DNA from: an uncultured Jutongia sp.
GTDB taxonomy: Bacteria; Bacillota; Clostridia; Lachnospirales; Lachnospiraceae
Direction of reading: 5' to 3'
Length of the DNA stretch: 64,000 bases
Assembly: GCA_964521555.1 (NCBI GenBank)
Contig: CAZFSU010000011.1
Coordinates: forward strand, 18,219-82,218
In this document: in pieces, positions 10,395 through 20,479 of the stretch
How positions within the stretch are numbered: position 1 is the stretch's first letter
How the letters are laid out: every line of letters begins with the position of its first letter
Position numbers and translations under genes: made by a program
Notes under the pieces: model-generated
Database searches by the model: none
The model's input: only the letters and a program-made list of their open reading frames with translations
What the model was told of the DNA's origin: nothing

Positions 10395-11195
10395 TCAGAT
10401 GAGATCCAAATGCCGGAAGGCGTTGTAAAGTCCATCGGACAAAATAGGATCGGTTACGAAAGAGGAAGCCTCACAGACTACAGACGGGCTGCCTCCTATG
10501 GCAATGCTGGTGGCAGCATATTCCAACATTGGCAGATCATTGGTGCTGTCACCGATGGCGATGGTATCCTTCTGCGGAATATCAAAATATTCCATTAAAA
10601 ATGCAATGCCACTCGCTTTGGAATAACCCAGAGGTACTACCTCATAAAATCCATTTCCCCGGTCAATAAAATCCAGATCATTCTTATAGATGTCCATAAA
10701 ATGGGATAGATTACTTTCGGTTTTAAGGCAGATACAGAATTTATCAAAGACCAGATCCTTGGCCTGCGTCGGTTTCACCGTATCAAATGCCAGAGAAAAA
10801 ACAGTGCGATGTTCGTCTTGGAAATCTCCTATATGGGTTGTGTAGGGTTCGGTACTGTAGTACAAGGTATGACTTCCCTCTAACAGCCATTCCAGATGGC
10901 AGGTTTCCAGATCCCGCAGGATACGGTTGCCCAGTTCGAACGGTATGGTATGGTTCAACAAGGTTTCGCCATGATAGAGGATGTGAGTGCCACAGCCACA
11001 GACCAGACCATCCATTTGTAAGGAGTCAATGGATGAATCAATTTCAGAGAGAGCCCGCCCTGAATTGATGAAACATAGATGACCGGCTTGTTGGAGAGCT
11101 CGGACCGCATGTCGTGTACTATCGGGAATGATGCGTTTTCCACCGTTTTCTGTCACAAGTGTACCGTCTATATCAAAAAAAATTAATTTTCTCAT
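10395..11195 (-). CDS. Cof-type HAD-IIB family hydrolase
   Basis: 'IFFDIDGTL' (motif I) and 'GDSTNDLPM' (motif III). Confidence 0.85.
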   Translation of the reverse strand: MRKLIFFDIDGTLVTENGGKRIIPDSTRHAVRALQQAGHLCFINSGRALSEIDSSIDSLQMDGLVCGCGTHILYHGETLLNHTIPFELGNRILRDLETCHLEWLLEGSHTLYYSTEPYTTHIGDFQDEHRTVFSLAFDTVKPTQAKDLVFDKFCICLKTESNLSHFMDIYKNDLDFIDRGNGFYEVVPLGYSKASGIAFLMEYFDIPQKDTIAIGDSTNDLPMLEYAATSIAIGGSPSVVCEASSFVTDPILSDGLYNAFRHLDLI

Positions 11196-11268
11196 AAGTA
11201 GTCCTTTCTTGCATTTATATTGTCGAAAGGATTATATAAGAAAAAAACAAAGGATGCAAGGTGCGTTT

Positions 11269-13167
11269 ATGAAAGAATTTTTACCAATTTGTCAGAAAGA
11301 TATGGATAAAAGAGGATGGACAGAAGTGGATTTTGTTTATGTATGTGGAGACGCTTATGTGGATCATCCATCCTTTGGCGCGTCCATTATCACACGGATA
11401 TTAGAGGCACATGGATATCGTGTGGGATTTATTGCGCAGCCGGATTGGAAGAACGAGGAAAGTATACAGGTATTTGGCAGGCCGAGGCTGGGGTTTCTGG
11501 TATCGGCCGGTAACATGGATTCTATGGTGAATCATTATACAGTGGCTAGAAAACGACGCAGTTCGGATGCCTATACACCAGGTGGAAAGACAGGGAAACG
11601 ACCGGATTATGCTACGATCGTATATTGCAATCTGATTCGCAAAGTATATAAAAAGGTGCCCATCATTATTGGAGGTATTGAAGCCAGTCTGCGCAGACTG
11701 GCCCATTATGATTACTGGTCCGATTCTTTGAAACATTCGATCCTGATAGATTCTCAGGCAAATATTTTATCCTATGGAATGGGTGAATTATCAGTGGTAG
11801 CCATTGCGGAAGCACTGGATAGCGGGATTGCTGTAGAAGATATTACATTTATCGAGGGAACCGTATATCGGACAAAGAACCTGGATTCGGTATATGATGC
11901 AGAAATGTTACCTTCTTTTGATGAGATACGCAGGGATAAACGCAAATATGCGGAAAGCTTTTACATACAATATTGTAATACAGATTCCGTTACGGCGAAA
12001 CGACTGGTGGAACAATATAATGATCATCTGTATGTTGTCCAAAATCCTCCGGCACGACCTTTGACAGAGCTGGAGATGGATGATATTTATGCATTACCTT
12101 ATATGCGTGCCTATCATCCCAGCTATGAAGCAGTTGGGGGAGTTCCGGCATTGCAGGAGATCAAATTCAGTCTGACCAGCAATAGAGGATGTTATGGAGG
12201 GTGTAGCTTTTGTGCCCTGACTTTTCATCAGGGGCGGGTGGTACAGGTTCGGAGTCATGATTCGATTATACAAGAGGCACAGGAGATGTTATCGGACCCG
12301 GACTTTAAGGGCTATATCCATGACGTGGGTGGTCCCACCGCGAATTTTAGGCACCGCGCCTGTGAAAAACAGGAGAAGTATGGTGTATGTACCCACAAGC
12401 AATGTCTTTATCCCAAGCCCTGTCCTAATCTAAAGATTGATCACCGGGATTATCTGGGACTCTTGCGGAAATTACGGAAATTGCCGGGAGTGAAAAAGGT
12501 TTTTGTCCGTTCCGGGATAAGGTTTGACTATCTGGTGGCAGACCCGGATGATCGTTTCTTCCGGGAATTGTGTGAATATCATATCAGTGGCCAGCTTCGC
12601 GTGGCTCCAGAGCACGTTTCAGATGCGGTGCTTACCCGGATGGGAAAGCCACAGAATGCAGTCTATGAAAAATTTTTACAGAGATATCAAAAGGTCAACG
12701 GAATGTATGGCAAAAAACAATATGTAGTTCCTTATCTCATGTCTTCTCACCCCGGCTCCACGTTGAAAGAGGCGGTGGAATTGGCAGAATATTTAAGGGA
12801 TCTGGGGTATATGCCCGAACAGGTGCAGGACTTTTATCCTACACCGTCCACGATTTCTACCTGTATGTATTATACGGGTCTGGATCCCAGGACAATGAAG
12901 AAAGTATATGTACCTAAGAATCCCCATGAAAAGGCAATGCAGCGTGCTTTGATCCAATATCGCAATCCGGCGAACTATGATTTGGTTCGGGAGGCGCTGA
13001 TTCAGTCAGGCAGACGGGATTTGATCGGGTTTGGTGAGAAGTGTCTGATCCGCCCGCGGAAAGAGAAATGGCAGGAAGAACGATGGAATCAGAAAAAGCC
13101 CAAATCGGCAAAAAAAGTTGACAAACGATATAAAAAGGGGTTAAATAATAAGAAAAAGCATCGATAA
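11269..13167 (+). CDS. ygiQ: YgiQ family radical SAM protein (UPF0313)
   Basis: '[11 protein letters not shown]', radical-SAM 'CYGGCSFC' and a Lys-rich C-terminal tail. The upstream part of the ORF overlaps the Cof gene, so the start is set at ATG 11269. Confidence 0.85.
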   Translation: MKEFLPICQKDMDKRGWTEVDFVYVCGDAYVDHPSFGASIITRILEAHGYRVGFIAQPDWKNEESIQVFGRPRLGFLVSAGNMDSMVNHYTVARKRRSSDAYTPGGKTGKRPDYATIVYCNLIRKVYKKVPIIIGGIEASLRRLAHYDYWSDSLKHSILIDSQANILSYGMGELSVVAIAEALDSGIAVEDITFIEGTVYRTKNLDSVYDAEMLPSFDEIRRDKRKYAESFYIQYCNTDSVTAKRLVEQYNDHLYVVQNPPARPLTELEMDDIYALPYMRAYHPSYEAVGGVPALQEIKFSLTSNRGCYGGCSFCALTFHQGRVVQVRSHDSIIQEAQEMLSDPDFKGYIHDVGGPTANFRHRACEKQEKYGVCTHKQCLYPKPCPNLKIDHRDYLGLLRKLRKLPGVKKVFVRSGIRFDYLVADPDDRFFRELCEYHISGQLRVAPEHVSDAVLTRMGKPQNAVYEKFLQRYQKVNGMYGKKQYVVPYLMSSHPGSTLKEAVELAEYLRDLGYMPEQVQDFYPTPSTISTCMYYTGLDPRTMKKVYVPKNPHEKAMQRALIQYRNPANYDLVREALIQSGRRDLIGFGEKCLIRPRKEKWQEERWNQKKPKSAKKVDKRYKKGLNNKKKHR

Positions 13168-13285
13168 TATTATTAGAAGTCTATAGTTGTGTCAGGATAT
13201 CAACGATATTGTTCTGATATTCTGGTCAAAATAGGGTCGGAAGCCAGATGGTGGCGGTGGTCCAAAGGTAAGGAGGATTGATCGT

Positions 13286-14140
13286 ATGTCATATAGTGGA
13301 TTTAATAATAACTATTTTAGTTCTTTATTTGGTAATTCAGAGAATAGCATGTTTGGTGGGTTTTCCAGTTCCTTTGGTGATTATTCTTTGATTCGGAGCG
13401 GGGTATATAAGAAACTTCTCAATTCTTATTATAAGAATGTGGGGGGAACGGACACCTCATCAGAGAGTGAGTCTTCCCAGACAAAAACAGAAAGTTCCCG
13501 GTATCGGATCAAATCAGCGGTGGAATTGGATGCGGAAAAGACGGGAAAAAATCTGCATAAAGAGGAGGCTGCGTCTGGCAGTAGCAGCACGACACAGACA
13601 GGTACAGCAGCGGATACCGGTACGTTATCGGCAATCAAGACCAGTGCGAAAGGATTGGCAGATTCTGCTTCCGCATTGGCATCTAAGTCTCTGTATGAGG
13701 AAACGGAACAGGAAGATGGCAGCAAGACCGATGTTACTAAGGCGGTCAAATCTGCATTAAAGAGTTATGTAGATGCTTATAATACATACATGAGTAATGC
13801 CGGCAAGACCAATAATAATTCTATTCAGGATAAGAATTTAACCATGCTGAAGGCAAATGCATCCAATGCCAAATTACTCAAGGAAGTGGGCATTACCACA
13901 GGAGAAAAAGGAAAACTGGAATTTGATGAATCGAAGGTGGATAGTGCCAGCCTATCGATAGTACAGTCTTTGTTCCAGGGAAGCGGATCTTATGGCGATA
14001 CCATTAAGAATACGGCTAGTGAGAGTTATCGGGTGGCCAATAGTGCGACCTACAATGAAGGCAGTGGGTCCAGTTATTCTACCAGCGGATCTTATTCTGT
14101 TCTGGGAACGACTAACAGTATTTTAGATCAGTATCTGTGA
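13286..14140 (+). CDS. Ser/Thr/Asn-rich hypothetical protein with a FliD-C-terminus-like segment
   Basis: 284 aa with strong RBS AAGGAGG and its own terminator. Low-complexity N-terminal and middle regions. See finding. Confidence 0.6.
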   Translation: MSYSGFNNNYFSSLFGNSENSMFGGFSSSFGDYSLIRSGVYKKLLNSYYKNVGGTDTSSESESSQTKTESSRYRIKSAVELDAEKTGKNLHKEEAASGSSSTTQTGTAADTGTLSAIKTSAKGLADSASALASKSLYEETEQEDGSKTDVTKAVKSALKSYVDAYNTYMSNAGKTNNNSIQDKNLTMLKANASNAKLLKEVGITTGEKGKLEFDESKVDSASLSIVQSLFQGSGSYGDTIKNTASESYRVANSATYNEGSGSSYSTSGSYSVLGTTNSILDQYL

Positions 14141-14164
14141 TGGATTAGAGAATATGGAAACAGA

Positions 14165-14200
14165 CTGTCTAATCGCGAAATCGTGGTTAGACAGTTTTTT
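14165..14200 (+). terminator. Intrinsic terminator
   Basis: CTGTCTAA (14165-14172) pairs with TTAGACAG (14187-14194), followed by TTTTTT. Confidence 0.7.
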
Positions 14201-14264
14201 CATGAAATAGGAAATTATGCAACCCATTTTAGGGGTAATGATTGAGACAACAGGAGTGAATGTT

Positions 14265-15005
14265 TTGTATCGGTTTTATATTAAGGAAGAACAGATCGGT
14301 GCGGATGAAATCCGAATTACCGGCAGTGATGTGAATCATATCAAAAATGCGTTACGTTTGGAAGTTGGCGATTGGATTGTGGCCTGCGATGGTGCAGGAA
14401 AGGATTACGTTTCCCGGATTAAGGCATGGGAACCAGACCAAGTAGTTTTACAAGTGGAAAAAGTGCAGGCAACCGGAACAGAGTTGCCTGCCAGAATTAC
14501 ATTATTTCAGGGTCTGCCCAAAAAAGATAAGATGGAATGGATTATCCAGAAAGCGGTGGAACTGGGAGTGCATGAGGTTGTACCGGTGGTGATGAAACGC
14601 TGTGTGGTACGGCTGCAGGAGGAAAAGAAGATCCGGAAGAAACAGGAGCGATGGCAGGCGATTGCAGAAGCTGCCGCGAAGCAGTGTGACCGTGGGATAA
14701 TACCGGTGGTACATACACCGGTAACTATGGAACAGGCATTTGACATGGCGGAATGCTTAGAGTACAATATGATTCCGTATGAATTACAAGAGGGGATCGA
14801 AACATCTCGCGAGATCGTGGCAGAAGCTTGCAGACATGCTTCTGTGGGAATCTTTATCGGACCGGAGGGTGGATTTGAAGCAGAGGAAGTGGAACAGGCA
14901 GTCGGACGGCAGATCCATCCGTTGACTCTGGGGAAACGGATTTTGCGGACAGAAACTGCGGGAATGGCATTGTTATCGATCCTGATGTTTCAGATGCAGG
15001 ATTAG
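14265..15005 (+). CDS. rsmE: 16S rRNA (uracil1498-N3)-methyltransferase
   Basis: 'LFQGLPKKDKMEWIIQKAVELGV' and 'IGPEGGF'. A TTG start behind AGGAG gives the canonical '(M)YRFY' N-terminus. Confidence 0.8.
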   Translation: MYRFYIKEEQIGADEIRITGSDVNHIKNALRLEVGDWIVACDGAGKDYVSRIKAWEPDQVVLQVEKVQATGTELPARITLFQGLPKKDKMEWIIQKAVELGVHEVVPVVMKRCVVRLQEEKKIRKKQERWQAIAEAAAKQCDRGIIPVVHTPVTMEQAFDMAECLEYNMIPYELQEGIETSREIVAEACRHASVGIFIGPEGGFEAEEVEQAVGRQIHPLTLGKRILRTETAGMALLSILMFQMQD

Positions 15006-15031
15006 AGGGGAATGTTTGATTGGAGAAAAAT

Positions 15032-16195
15032 ATGGAAGCGTATTTAGATAATGCTGCTACCACCAAGATCTTTCCGGAGGTCAGGGAACGTATGATACAT
15101 GTGATGGAAGAAGACTTTGGGAATCCTTCATCCAAGCATACCAAGGGGATGGAAGCAGAAAATTATATTCGAGAGGCAAAGGAACAAATCTGTAAACGGT
15201 CAAAATGTGAAGCGGGGGAGATTATTTTTACTTCCGGTGGAACAGAATCAAATAATCAGGCATTGATCGGGGCGGCGATGGCGAATAAGCGTGCCGGAAA
15301 ACATATGATTACCACCCGCATTGAACATGCATCGGTGCATGAACCTCTGGCTTTTTTAGAAGAACAGGGATATGAAGTGACATATTTGCCTGTCAATTCC
15401 ATAGGAAAGGTGGAACCGGATGTGTTAGCGGATGCGATTCGCGAGGATACGGTTTTGGTTTCCATCATGTATGTCAATAATGAGATTGGATCTGTTCAGG
15501 ATATTGGAGAATTATCTGCGGTGGTGCATAAGACAAATCCGCGAACGTTGTTTCATGTGGATGCGATACAGGCATATGGAAAATATCAAATCGTGCCGAA
15601 GCGTCTGGGCATTGATCTGATGTCGGTGAGTGGTCACAAAATACATGGGCCTAAGGGATCTGGGTTTCTATATGTGAAGAATGGTACGAAGCTGCGTCCG
15701 ATTTTGTTTGGTGGCGGACAGCAGCGGGGAATGCGGTCAGGAACGGAAAATGTCCCGGCCATTGCCGGTTTGGGAGAAGCAGTGCGGTTAATATATACTG
15801 ATCATGTTGCAAAAGTGGAACGTATGTATGCTTTGAAACAGCAACTAATCGAAGGGTTACAGCATCTGGAAAATGTCAGTATCCAAGGGGGTGCAGGGAC
15901 TGACCCGAAAGAAACAGCACCGCATATCATTAGTGTCGGATTTGCCGGGATTCGCAGTGAGGTGATGCTTCATGCGCTGGCAGAGAGAGGAGTGTTTGTA
16001 TCTTCCGGTTCTGCCTGTTCCTCAAATCATCCGGAATTAAGCGGTACCTTACAGGCCATCGGTGTGGAAGATGCCTTATTAGACGCCACGTTGCGATTTA
16101 GTCTGTCCGTGACAACCACGGCGGAAGAGATTGATTATGCGATAAAACAGGTGGCAGAGTTGCTGCCGGTGTTAAGGAGATTTGTAAGACACTAG
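15032..16195 (+). CDS. Cysteine desulfurase (NifS/IscS/NifZ type)
   Basis: 'YLDNAATT', PLP-Lys 'SGHKIHGPKG' and active-site 'SSGSACSS'. It directly precedes thiI, as with B. subtilis nifZ-thiI. Confidence 0.85.
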   Translation: MEAYLDNAATTKIFPEVRERMIHVMEEDFGNPSSKHTKGMEAENYIREAKEQICKRSKCEAGEIIFTSGGTESNNQALIGAAMANKRAGKHMITTRIEHASVHEPLAFLEEQGYEVTYLPVNSIGKVEPDVLADAIREDTVLVSIMYVNNEIGSVQDIGELSAVVHKTNPRTLFHVDAIQAYGKYQIVPKRLGIDLMSVSGHKIHGPKGSGFLYVKNGTKLRPILFGGGQQRGMRSGTENVPAIAGLGEAVRLIYTDHVAKVERMYALKQQLIEGLQHLENVSIQGGAGTDPKETAPHIISVGFAGIRSEVMLHALAERGVFVSSGSACSSNHPELSGTLQAIGVEDALLDATLRFSLSVTTTAEEIDYAIKQVAELLPVLRRFVRH

Positions 16196-16286
16196 TGTGC
16201 TGTCAGATATTAGTGGGCCAAATAGAGCAGCACTGGGAAGAAAGAAGCGTTCCTCATGGAAAAGGCTTCGGAATGGAGGCAAAGAG

Positions 16287-17465
16287 ATGTATCAGGCTTT
16301 TTTGTTAAAATATGCAGAGATCGGGATTAAGGGAAAGAATCGTTACAAATTTGAAAACGCGTTATGTGAACAGATCCGTAGAAAATTGGACAAGATCGAG
16401 GGAGAGTTTCAGGTGATCCGGGAACAGGGACGAATCTTTGTGGAGGCCCAGGGAGACTTTGACAGTGAAGAGGCGATCCAGGAGATGGGGATGGTCTTTG
16501 GTGTATCCGGGATCAGTCCGGTGGAGGTGATCAAAGATAAGTCTTGGGAAAATCTGGCGGCAGCAGTGGGAGATTTTGTGGAACATCAGTATGATGCACA
16601 GAATTTCACGTTTAAGGTAAAGTGCCGTCGTAGTGATAAGCATTATCCAATGACTTCTCCAGAGGTATGTATGGAATTGGGAGGATATCTGTTGGATCGT
16701 TTTGCAGGTTTATCGGTGGATGTACACGATCCGGAGGTTGTGATCTGGGTGGAAGTTCGGGATAAGGCATATGTCTATTCCAAAGTCTATCAGGGTGCCT
16801 GTGGTATGCCTTTGGGTACTAATGGTAAGGCGATGCTATTGTTGTCTGGTGGCATTGATAGTCCGGTGGCAGGTTATATGATTGCCAAGAGAGGTGTCTT
16901 TATCGATGCTGTTTATTTTCATGCGCCTCCTTATACCAGTGAGAGAGCGAAGCAGAAGGTAGTAGATCTGGCGAAATTGATTGCCCGTTATACGGGTCCG
17001 ATCCGGCTTCATGTAGTGAATTTCACGGATATCCAGTTATATATTTATGAACAGTGTCCGCATGAAGAATTGACGATCATTATGCGCCGTTATATGATGC
17101 GGATTGCTGAGACGCTGGCAGAGCAAAATGACTGTTTGGGTCTGATCACAGGAGAAAGCATTGGACAGGTAGCCAGTCAGACGATGCACAGTCTGGCGGC
17201 CACCAATGATGTGTGTCATTTGCCGGTATATCGTCCATTGATTGGATTTGACAAGCAGGATATTGTTGATATATCTGAAAAGATCGGGACTTTTGAGACT
17301 TCTATCCAGCCTTTTGAAGATTGCTGTACGATCTTTGTGGCGAAACATCCGGTGACAAGACCAGAGATTCAGAGGATTCGTCAGTCAGAGAAAAATCTGG
17401 AGGAAAAAATAGAAGAGATGGTTCAGACCGCACTTGGTACTATTGAGGTGATTGAGGTAGAATAG
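16287..17465 (+). CDS. thiI: tRNA 4-thiouridine(8) synthase ThiI
   Basis: THUMP-type N-half and PP-loop 'LLSGGIDSPVA'. Start at ATG 16287 behind GGAGG. Confidence 0.9.
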   Translation: MYQAFLLKYAEIGIKGKNRYKFENALCEQIRRKLDKIEGEFQVIREQGRIFVEAQGDFDSEEAIQEMGMVFGVSGISPVEVIKDKSWENLAAAVGDFVEHQYDAQNFTFKVKCRRSDKHYPMTSPEVCMELGGYLLDRFAGLSVDVHDPEVVIWVEVRDKAYVYSKVYQGACGMPLGTNGKAMLLLSGGIDSPVAGYMIAKRGVFIDAVYFHAPPYTSERAKQKVVDLAKLIARYTGPIRLHVVNFTDIQLYIYEQCPHEELTIIMRRYMMRIAETLAEQNDCLGLITGESIGQVASQTMHSLAATNDVCHLPVYRPLIGFDKQDIVDISEKIGTFETSIQPFEDCCTIFVAKHPVTRPEIQRIRQSEKNLEEKIEEMVQTALGTIEVIEVE

Positions 17466-17514
17466 AAAGTGCAATCACATGCCGGTTTCTACGGGACGTG
17501 ATTGTCCATAACAA

Positions 17515-17558
17515 AAACAGGTATCTTTTTGGATGTATTTTTCAAAAGATACCTGTTT
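17515..17558. terminator. Bidirectional intrinsic terminator between thiI and the HPr-like gene
   Basis: 15-bp perfect stem, AAACAGGTATCTTTT / AAAAGATACCTGTTT, flanked by A and T runs. Confidence 0.8.
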
Positions 17559-17583
17559 GTAAAATGAATCAAAGATGTATTAA

Positions 17584-17817
17584 TTACTCGACGATATATG
17601 GAGCTAAGGTCTCAAGAATCTCATCGATACTGTCATCATCATGGATGTTTAAATCGATTGCCTTAGACAGGTCTAAACTGAAGATACCCATGATGGACTT
17701 AGCATCAATCACATATCTACCAGAAACCAAATCAAAATCTGTATTAAATTTTGTTACATCGTTTACGAATGCTTTCACTTTGTCGATAGAGTTCAAACAA
17801 ATCTTTACTGTTTTCAT
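17584..17817 (-). CDS. HPr-family protein lacking the His15 phosphorylation site (Crh-like)
   Basis: 77 aa with AAGGAGG RBS. 'IDAKSIMGIFSL' matches the HPr Ser46 region, and there is no His in the first 58 residues. Confidence 0.7.
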   Translation of the reverse strand: MKTVKICLNSIDKVKAFVNDVTKFNTDFDLVSGRYVIDAKSIMGIFSLDLSKAIDLNIHDDDSIDEILETLAPYIVE

Positions 17818-17972
17818 AATAGTTACCTCCTTTTTGATTTACAACTCTATACTAGACATTATAAACCGAAAAGTCAATATCCAATCGGATAAAAATGTAC
17901 ACGAAAAATCTCAGATATGGGAAGCATTTTTGTATAAATTGATTTTATGATCCAATAGAACGGAGGGAAATT

Positions 17973-19298
17973 GTGAGAGTTGCATTTTTAACTTTGGGAT
18001 GCAAAGTAAATTCCTATGAAACAGAAAAAATGAAATTGCAATTTGAGGCTGCTGGCCATAGTATCGTAGCATTTTCAGAACATGCAGATGTATATATTGT
18101 CAATACCTGCACCGTGACAAATATTGCGGACCGCAAGTCACGCAAAATGTTACATCGTGCCAGAAGGATGAATCCGAATGCGGTCGTGGTGGCTGCCGGG
18201 TGTTATGTGGATTCTGCGAGACGCAAAGGTGAGGTGGATGATGCCATTGATCTGTTTTTGTCTAATGAGGAGAAGTCTCGTGTCGTGGAATTGGTTTTGG
18301 CATTTGGGCAGCAGGAAACGCCAGAGGATACGGTTATGCGGGGGCGGGTATCTGAGGCAGCGCAGGCGCAGGAGCATACACGTGCCTATATCAAGGTGCA
18401 AGATGGGTGTAACCAATATTGTAGCTATTGCATTATTCCTTATGTGAGAGGGCCTCTGACCAGTAAGCCGGTGAAGCAAGTGGTGAAAGAGGTCAGGGAA
18501 TTGGCCAGACAGGGAATCCGGGAAGTGGTGGTGACAGGGATTCATTTGTCCTCCTATGGCGTAGATGGGGGAGATGCCAGGGCTTTTGTGGAGAGAAAAG
18601 GAGAACCGTTATTGGAACTTTTAGAAGCGATCCATGAAGTGGAGGAAATTCAGAGAATCCGCCTGGGTTCTCTGGAACCACGGATTATAACTGAAGAATT
18701 TGCGATGCGTCTGGCACAGAAAGAAAAGATCTGTCCGCATTTTCATTTATCACTGCAAAGTGGATGTGATACGGTATTGCAGAGGATGAACCGCCATTAT
18801 ACCACGAAGGAATATCAGGAAAAGGTGGAGATTTTGCGGAAGGTGTTTTCAGATCCGGCGATTACGACAGATATTATTGTAGGATTTCCGCAGGAAACAG
18901 CAGAGGAATTTGAGATTACAAAAGCTTTTGCCTGTCAGACAGGTTTTGCACAGATACATGTTTTTAAGTATTCCAGACGTCAGGGAACCGCAGCGGATGG
19001 TATGGAGGGACAGGTGCCGGAACCGGAAAAGGGCAGAAGAAGTGATCAGTTGTTGCAGACAGCGAGAGAGTTGGAACAGCAGTATCAGGCATCGTTTCTC
19101 GGCAGGCGGGAAGAGGTTCTGTTTGAAGAAGTGACAGAAATCAATGGCAGTCATTATTTGGTGGGGTATACGAAGCGGTATGTCCGGATCGCGGTGGAGG
19201 TCATGGATGTTAAAGAGGCGGAGAAACGTTGCAATACCTTTGGAAATGTCCGGGTTATGGGACATTTACACCAGGGGGTATTATGGGGAGAAATGTGA
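17973..19298 (+). CDS. mtaB: tRNA ms2t6A methylthiotransferase MtaB
   Basis: 'FLTLGCKVNSYE', radical-SAM 'CNQYCSYC' and a TRAM-like C-terminus. GTG start behind GGAGGG. Confidence 0.85.
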   Translation: MRVAFLTLGCKVNSYETEKMKLQFEAAGHSIVAFSEHADVYIVNTCTVTNIADRKSRKMLHRARRMNPNAVVVAAGCYVDSARRKGEVDDAIDLFLSNEEKSRVVELVLAFGQQETPEDTVMRGRVSEAAQAQEHTRAYIKVQDGCNQYCSYCIIPYVRGPLTSKPVKQVVKEVRELARQGIREVVVTGIHLSSYGVDGGDARAFVERKGEPLLELLEAIHEVEEIQRIRLGSLEPRIITEEFAMRLAQKEKICPHFHLSLQSGCDTVLQRMNRHYTTKEYQEKVEILRKVFSDPAITTDIIVGFPQETAEEFEITKAFACQTGFAQIHVFKYSRRQGTAADGMEGQVPEPEKGRRSDQLLQTARELEQQYQASFLGRREEVLFEEVTEINGSHYLVGYTKRYVRIAVEVMDVKEAEKRCNTFGNVRVMGHLHQGVLWGEM

Positions 19299-19373
19299 GA
19301 AAAATGAAAAAAGAGTTGTTTTTTTGGACAGGTTATATTACTATATATGATAGGTAAGAGTACGTGAAAAAGA

Positions 19374-19655
19374 ATGGAGGTTAATGCCTTTATGCAGGAA
19401 GTAAATAATACACAATATTTCAAAGTACAAAAAGAACAAGAGATCGAAGTAAAGGACGTCGTGGCCGAGGTATATGAGGCTTTGACAGAGAAGGGGTATA
19501 ATCCGGTCAATCAGATTGTGGGTTATATTATGTCCGGTGATCCTACGTATATTACCAGTCACAAAGGTGCCAGAAGTCTGATTCGGCGGGTAGAGCGTGA
19601 TGAGATGATTGAATTACTGTTGGAAGATTATATTAAAAATAATTTTGAGAAATAG
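19374..19655 (+). CDS. ireB: IreB family regulatory phosphoprotein (UPF0297, YrzL-like)
   Basis: '[25 protein letters not shown]' signature. An alternative start is ATG 19392. Confidence 0.8.
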   Translation: MEVNAFMQEVNNTQYFKVQKEQEIEVKDVVAEVYEALTEKGYNPVNQIVGYIMSGDPTYITSHKGARSLIRRVERDEMIELLLEDYIKNNFEK

Positions 19656-19672
19656 ACAGAGGTACAAGCACG

Positions 19673-20101
19673 ATGAGAATCATGGGATTGGATTATGGAG
19701 ATAAGACAGTTGGTGTGGCCATCAGCGATACTATGATGTTGACAGCACAGCCATTGGAGACAATCGAACGGGACAGACCATCTAAGCTGCGTAAAACCCT
19801 TGCCAGGATCGAAAATCTCATGGAAGAATATGATGTGGAGACAGTGGTGATCGGTTTACCGAAAAAAATGAATAACGAGGAAGGAGAACGGTGCGAACGA
19901 ACCAGAGAGTTTGGCAATATGATTGAACGGCGTACCGGATTAACGGTAATATATCAGGACGAGCGTTTGACCACAGTGGCGGCAGATGCCGTATTGCAAG
20001 AGGGTGGCATCCGTAAGGAGCGGCGTAAGAAGTATATTGATAAGATGGCAGCCTCAATCATATTACAGGGATATCTGGATGGAATAGCACATCAGGAGTG
20101 A
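19673..20101 (+). CDS. ruvX: Holliday junction resolvase-like / pre-16S rRNA nuclease RuvX (YqgF)
   Basis: 'IMGLDYGDKTVGVAISD' and 'IGLPKKMN'. Confidence 0.9.
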   Translation: MRIMGLDYGDKTVGVAISDTMMLTAQPLETIERDRPSKLRKTLARIENLMEEYDVETVVIGLPKKMNNEEGERCERTREFGNMIERRTGLTVIYQDERLTTVAADAVLQEGGIRKERRKKYIDKMAASIILQGYLDGIAHQE

Positions 20102-20117
20102 AGCATCGAAAATATTT

Positions 20118-20384
20118 ATGGCAGAGAAGCAAATTTTGTTTACTACGGAGGATGGCGAAGAGATCCCTTTTTTCGTAGTGGAGCAGACAACCATTTCCGG
20201 CAGGAATTATCTGCTGGTTACAGATAGTGAAGAAGATGAGGCAGATGCCTATATCATGCGTGAATTAGAAGACCAGGATGGTCAGTGTGTATATGAGTTT
20301 ATTGAAGAGGAAGCAGAATTAGATGCATTGTCTAAGGTGTTCGTGGAATTATTAGACGATGTTGCTATAGAGGTGCAGGAATAA
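20118..20384 (+). CDS. DUF1292 family protein (YrzB-like)
   Basis: 88-aa acidic protein in the conserved position after ruvX. Confidence 0.75.
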   Translation: MAEKQILFTTEDGEEIPFFVVEQTTISGRNYLLVTDSEEDEADAYIMRELEDQDGQCVYEFIEEEAELDALSKVFVELLDDVAIEVQE

Positions 20385-20479
20385 TAGAGCAAGTAATACA
20401 AAAGAAGGATACGTTTTTTGTTTTTAACATGAAACGACCGTTCTTTTTGTGCGCAAAAAATAGAAAGGTAGGGATATTT

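Noticed and set aside
17498-17950. 150-aa + strand ORF covering the HPr-like locus
   Set aside because: It lies antisense to a well-supported HPr-family ORF with a strong RBS, it begins inside the bidirectional terminator hairpin, and it has no domain signal.
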